DNA of 64,000 nt from Trichoplax adhaerens (Eukaryota; Animalia; Placozoa), in assembly GCF_000150275.1 (NCBI RefSeq), contig NW_002060974.1, positions 155,744-219,743 of the forward strand, given 5' to 3'. Below the pieces are notes generated by a model, which was not told the DNA's origin, ran no database searches, and worked only from the letters and a program-made list of their open reading frames with translations. Of the stretch, positions 58,547 through 64,000 are shown piece after piece; the first letter of the stretch is position 1; every line of letters begins with the position of its first letter. A program made the translations under genes and the position numbers.

Positions 58547-60352
58547 ATGAGCAAGGTATTAAAACGTTCTACGGGCTGCAATTGTGGTGGCTTCGGTGGT
58601 CCTCATGGAGAGAAGCACAGAAAAGAATTTGTGAAAAGTATCCATCGTCAACGAGCTCAGAAAGCAGCACCATCAAAACCATTCAATATTGAAGAATTAC
58701 CAGTGAAGATTTATACAGCAAAGAAAGTTTATACTATGAACGCCCTGCAACCAGAAGCTACTGCCATTGCTGTTCAAGGTGATCGAATTTTTGCCGTTGG
58801 ATCAGAAGATAGCATTGTAACTGGTTTAAAAGCAAGAGAGCAAAGCTATGAGATTAAAAGAGATTATAAAGACTGCTTCTTCTATCCTGGATTTATTGAA
58901 CCTCACTGCCATGCATCTATGGAAGGGATGTATTTTAAATTCTATTATGTTGGAGCTGTTGATCGAACGAAATACGTAGATGGGGCGATGGTAGAAATGA
59001 AGGGCTATGATAACAAGCAAGATGTGGTAAGTTATCTTGAAGAAGTTTCAAAAACTAGCGAGGAAGATCCTATCGTTGCATGGGGCTATGATCCAACATT
59101 ACTTCCCAACGACGACGATCCTAATATTCATGCATCGGAAATCGATTTTGAAGGGGGCAAGAAAGTAGTTATTATGAATATGAGTGGTCATATAGCCTAT
59201 GTTAATCATGCAACTCTAACAGAAATAGGATATACCGATGATACTGACATTGAAGGTGTCATTAAAGATGAAGACGGCCATTTGACAGGAGAATTACAAG
59301 AAATGGCAGCTATGGCTCCATTAATGGTCTACTTTGATGTTGGCTTAGATGAATTAGCTAGTGGACTTCGTAGCTTTGCAACTGTCGCTAGTAGCAAAGG
59401 AGTAACAACTCTAACTGATCTTGCTTTTGGTACTGTTAATCATAGCTGGGATGCAGTCTATCAGGTCACGCAAGAAAATAACTATCCAGTTAGGATCAAC
59501 TGTTATATGCTAAATGATATCTACGATCATCTAGGTGGAGTAGATGCCTTTCGAGCACTGAAACAATTTGAAAATCCTAAATTAAAATTAGGAGGTGTTA
59601 AAATAGTTTCTGATGGTTCAATACAAGGATTTACTGGCCTTATGCGATGGCCGTATTATTATACAAGTCGAGATCAAGGTCTTGCTAATATTACGCCTCT
59701 TGACCTTGATCGAACTATACAGGAATTAATCAAAAATGACATTCTCTGCGCTATCCATACTAATGGCGACGACTCTATCGAGATGATATTAGATAGTATT
59801 GAGCGAGTATCGCGCTTTACTCCAGATCGTGATCCACGTTTTCGATTAGAACATTGCCAAACGCCTACTGAAGATCATCTTGAAAGAATGAAACGCTATC
59901 ATGTTAATGGTGATTTCTTCGCAAATCATATTTATTACTGGGGAAATGTTCATAAGAATCAAACAATCGGTCCAGATCGTGTTGAATATATGAATCCTTG
60001 TGCTACAGCCAAAAAGATTGGAGTCACCTTTGCTCTTCATTCTGATGCTCCTATAACAGCTATTGATCCGCTGTTAATGGTTCAAAATGCCGTTGTACGT
60101 CAAACCAAAGAAGGAAATGTTATTGGCGAAAATGAGAGAATTTGTGTTTATGACGCCTTGAGAACGGTTACTAAAGACGCTGCTTATTTGTTACGTGAAG
60201 AAAGGATTAAAGGGACACTTGCATTTGGGAAACTAGCCGATATAGCTATCTTAGAGGAAGACGTATTCCATGTTAACAAGCATAATATTCATAAAATTGC
60301 TGTGAAAGCTACATTAGTTAACGGTCGAGTTTTTGATCACAGTTCGGAGTAG
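58547..60352 (+). CDS. Amidohydrolase-3 family metallohydrolase (YtcJ/NfdA-like), copy B, intronless, 601 aa
   Basis: Same motifs as copy A (PGFIEPHCH, DGSIQGFTG, AIHTNGD, RLEHCQ, HSDAP); a collinear paralogue. Confidence 0.93.
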   Translation: MSKVLKRSTGCNCGGFGGPHGEKHRKEFVKSIHRQRAQKAAPSKPFNIEELPVKIYTAKKVYTMNALQPEATAIAVQGDRIFAVGSEDSIVTGLKAREQSYEIKRDYKDCFFYPGFIEPHCHASMEGMYFKFYYVGAVDRTKYVDGAMVEMKGYDNKQDVVSYLEEVSKTSEEDPIVAWGYDPTLLPNDDDPNIHASEIDFEGGKKVVIMNMSGHIAYVNHATLTEIGYTDDTDIEGVIKDEDGHLTGELQEMAAMAPLMVYFDVGLDELASGLRSFATVASSKGVTTLTDLAFGTVNHSWDAVYQVTQENNYPVRINCYMLNDIYDHLGGVDAFRALKQFENPKLKLGGVKIVSDGSIQGFTGLMRWPYYYTSRDQGLANITPLDLDRTIQELIKNDILCAIHTNGDDSIEMILDSIERVSRFTPDRDPRFRLEHCQTPTEDHLERMKRYHVNGDFFANHIYYWGNVHKNQTIGPDRVEYMNPCATAKKIGVTFALHSDAPITAIDPLLMVQNAVVRQTKEGNVIGENERICVYDALRTVTKDAAYLLREERIKGTLAFGKLADIAILEEDVFHVNKHNIHKIAVKATLVNGRVFDHSSE

Positions 60353-62623
60353 TATAAAAACTCCTTATATTGACTAATCTAGTTATAAGAGATTGGACTG
60401 TTTAGATAAAGGTGTGTTTTATTACAATAAAATTAAGCAATTACTTTATATAATGAATTGATTACATTGTTAGGATAGTGTTGCTATAAAACTAATATTA
60501 CAATCGTGGTCTATTGATGGCTTTACTTTCATTATAATGAAATCGTCTATTCTTTCCTTCGTAATGTTTCCTTCATGCTACTATTAGCTAGGGCAATTTT
60601 ATAAGCAGCTGATAATTAATTAATGCGTGAATATATGCTCTTAAGCATTTTTAATGGGATCGTGATCTCAAGATGTTGTAGCGAATTAGGCTCTAATTAG
60701 CCGTTTGTTAATTGCGTTATAAGAGATTTCCGCTTCTTATTTTCCTTAAATGTGTTTTTTGTGTTTTCATATATTTAGCTGTTATGTATGTGTTACAGGT
60801 ATCCTTATAATTCTTTAATTGGGACTGCATCAAGCTTAAGAAAGCTAGATAAATGCTTGTATTGCATATAAATCATATACTCTACTAATAAAACTACTTA
60901 TTATTTGCAATGGTGATTGACTTTAATCGATGGTTAAACCCTAATAGTACTTGCAAATTAAAACTCCAAGGACTTAAACAGGGAATAACGTAATTAAAAT
61001 GCTGATACCGAATGTATTGCGGCTAGATTGAGCTATTAAAGACAATTTCAATGATCACAATTTATAGTTCTTGTATCCTAGATTCCTTAACATGCTTAAT
61101 CTTTCCTGCTAGTTGCTCTTTAGGTTACTAAAATAATTATCAACAGTATTAGTCCACCAATGTAAAGCCTAGCGTTATGAGCTTAAGAGAATGACTTCCT
61201 AGTGCAGCTGTTGCATTCATAGCGTGAGTTTTTAACGAATTAGTATGAGCTACAGGCTTCCACTTTACTGTACATATCTGCATACCCCTATTGAGTATTG
61301 CATATCTACAGCATACTTGGAGATCACAGAAGGATAATATTTCAATTAATTTATTAAGGAGATATATTCGCATATGTAAGATTACCTTCCTGGTACAAGT
61401 ATGATACACGAAATGTCAAATACGTAAAAATTTTACAATTACTAATTTTAAATTTGTTTCAGCGCGTATTAGCGATTTTCTGTAAAAGATTCTATCAACC
61501 GCAGTAGGCAATCATTTTTAGATAGAACTATCGTTATTACAGCTAACAAGGCATCAATTACGATTGTCATAATATAAAGAATAAAAATTTCACTATAGGT
61601 CCTCACATTTTCTTTGCAAATGTTATTGACCGTAAGTAGAAACAAGGTAGTAAGTAATGCCAATACAACTTTAGTTTAGCAAATATTTTCGAGTAAGAAA
61701 AAAATCTTATCAATATGAATGATGAATAGCAAAAATGTTACAATAACGTACGCGATTAACTTTTGTATTCGAAAGAGTCTATGCTAGTACATGTATTTCG
61801 TAGCGATATTTATATATTCAATAATTTACAGTAATTCGACATTAAAGAATATCTAAACGTACTGTTAAACTTCAATGTAAAAATCAGTAACAATTCTGGA
61901 TATTATAGTAAATTCAAACACCCTCGAAAATTCGATTGGTGGTTTCGTAATGACTGAAATATACAGTATAAATTTCATTTTTAACCATATTAGACAAATT
62001 TACTAACATTACTTTATAAAGTAACAATTAATAGCATAAAGACGCGCTCAAAACTTATGCTTTGCAAGTAGAGACATTAAAGGGCTGCTTAAAAATGTAG
62101 TAATCGGCTATGATGCAGTTTTTTGGAAAGCAAAGACACTCTGCATCAGGTCAAAAGGGTAGCCATTCAATCTATTTATATCATCAACTAAACTTAAGAG
62201 ATAAACAGCGAATTCAAGATCGTATAAGCTAAATATTATTGTTAAATGGCAAGTCCATCTGATAAACTATCACTACTAATCAATCATGTTGTCATGAGTA
62301 TTTTTTGATACTTAAAATTACCAAAAATTTACTGATTAAATCTGTCAGCTTATTATGTAGGTATTAATGAACAATGTATGTATGAAATGCTAAATGGCAA
62401 ATGCTAGGCTAAGCAAAGCGTAACGTACCCGAATGAAAAGAAATAGATGAAGTCATGACCTAGCATTAAGATGCCGCTTAATTTCTTTTACGCATTGACG
62501 CAAACACTCCCATGTTATCGTAAATGGCACTGTTTGATTTTACAATTTACTTTTACAAACAATGTACGATAAATTAATCCTATCGCGCTAGCCACAAAAC
62601 GCAAATGTTGATAGGCATTGACA

Positions 62624-63673
62624 TTATGTGAAGGAACCAAAAAGGCTTGGGCACTGATTGTAATAGGATGGGCAACCTTTGTCCGGTATGCCAATCGCCG
62701 ATGAGATGCTAATTTTCTTGGCATGGACTGATTTGCATTTAGCTTTCATCTTTTTATATTCTTCCGGTGAGCAGACTTTAACCAGTCTTTCCCACAACTA
62801 CGTAGAAGAAGAAGAGAATCATATGAATATATTTTCGACAGGGCTTAATAAATAATTCGATATGCAATAGTAAGTAAATTGGTAATTTCATGTATAACTG
62901 GGATGGTAGTTTTCGAACTATGCACTACAGGAATCTCTTTAAGATACGAATATCAAGTATTGTAATCTTTATATTAATCATAATATTATTATAAATTGCA
63001 AGTGGCAAACTTCATTCTCTATCTTGTATAACAGTGTTATAGATGACATTATGCTTAAGGCACTTCTATTTTGTGGATACTATAAGGTAACGCTAGTTTC
63101 TTGTATTAATAAGTTTGCATGACAAAATAGGATAATCATCTACTGGATGTACTATCTTACAATTTTCTTAAAAGCTTTCTTTTTCTTTTCTGCCCCATTC
63201 TCGTTTTCGTCATCACTATCGTCATCATATCCTCTAACGTAGATCTCTCCGTTTTTACAGTATTCACCACCTCCATTTATTTGTCTACAAATTTTGGACG
63301 GCTTTTTGCAAAGTAAGTATGATTCCTTAACATCAACAGTTTCGATAGGACATTCTTTCAGCTGTCCTTCCTCATCGTAATGATCAGGGCTATAAGTATC
63401 TGTCACTGATGCTTGCCTAGCGAAACAGACACTTTTCTTTTCAGTCATTTTTTCTCCGCATGCTTCGAGGCAAGCTTTCTTTCTCAAGCAGGAAGATTTC
63501 AAAATGCTTTTTACCATTGCTTTATCCGTGTCAAGGCTGTTACATCTGACCAAATTTAACTTTGAGGCGGACAATCCGCAATCCTTTTGTTGTCCCTCTT
63601 CTTTGGATTCTGAAAACGACTGCGAAGAACGCTGACGTTGATTCAGGTTGCGAAACATTTCACAAGGATCCAT
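62624..63673 (-). CDS. Uncharacterised 228-aa protein with PP1-docking motifs (SILK, RVxF-type KSVCF, neurabin-like TYS...YD)
   Basis: Exon 1 (63673-63161) ends AAA ATT|GTAAGA. Exon 2 (62797-62624, after cttcttctacgtAG) reads LWERLVKVCSPEEYKKMKAK...SLFGSFT*. The join is phase 0, and an in-frame stop lies upstream of the ATG. Confidence 0.7.
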
Positions 63674-64000
63674 GGTGTTTTGATATTATCAAACTCTTCT
63701 TTTCAATTATTCAGAAGGTTCTTGCAATGATCTATACGAAAGTAAAATAATACTAATTAGCAGCTGAAGGTAAAATATCCTTTGGAATAATGATATCATC
63801 ATAAAACAATTATATTATTATTTGTTACAGTTTAAAATTATTTCATGATCATTTCCTTCAATTCTTGGAAGCTTTACTTTCTATGTGAAATATACCGTGT
63901 TTACATTACAGTTGTATTCTTCCAGCAGTATAGGAATTAGATTTGTTATTGTCTGTATGGCTTCAAAGCATAAACATACACTGCAATTATGAATTGATTC

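Noticed and set aside
46769-60352. Bacterial or endosymbiont contamination as the source of the amidohydrolases
   Set aside because: They are interleaved without gaps with spliced genes, with no operon context or obvious Shine-Dalgarno and with host-like composition. Read-level confirmation is still needed.
62515-62724. 69-aa minus-strand ORF
   Set aside because: It overlaps, in another frame, the exon 62797-62624 that has a good acceptor and joins in phase to the upstream exon.
49158-63673. Idea that the minus-strand genes after each amidohydrolase are paralogues (STESDKAL vs SLDTDKAM)
   Set aside because: The 49158 ORF is the last exon of NEPRO, and the short match does not extend.

Overview
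Eukaryotic, AT-rich, intron-dense animal DNA with short GT-AG introns; the style suggests a compact early-branching metazoan genome such as a placozoan (inference). Splicing by hand gives these genes: the 3' part of an EML5/6-type WD40/HELP gene (+); a two-exon RIIa/Dpy-30-type docking-domain gene resembling TEX55, with an RFX X-box upstream (-); cardiolipin synthase CRLS1 (-) head-to-head with GNPNAT1 (+); CNRIP1 (+, interrupted by a 50-N gap); a single-pass membrane Kelch/galactose-oxidase-type propeller gene encoded mostly by one 1.4-kb exon (-), head-to-head with ZFYVE21 (+); two intronless YtcJ/NfdA-like amidohydrolase-3 paralogues (+) flanking a 10-exon NEPRO gene (-); and a two-exon candidate PP1-regulatory protein with SILK, RVxF and neurabin-like motifs (-). 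The most notable points are the bacterial-looking intronless amidohydrolase pair with patchy nucleotide identity suggestive of gene conversion, the bacterial-type Kelch repeat membrane protein, and many unrelated ~180-370 bp tandem arrays in promoters and first introns. No rRNA, tRNA or CRISPR array was recognised. All homology calls come from recalled motifs, not database searches.
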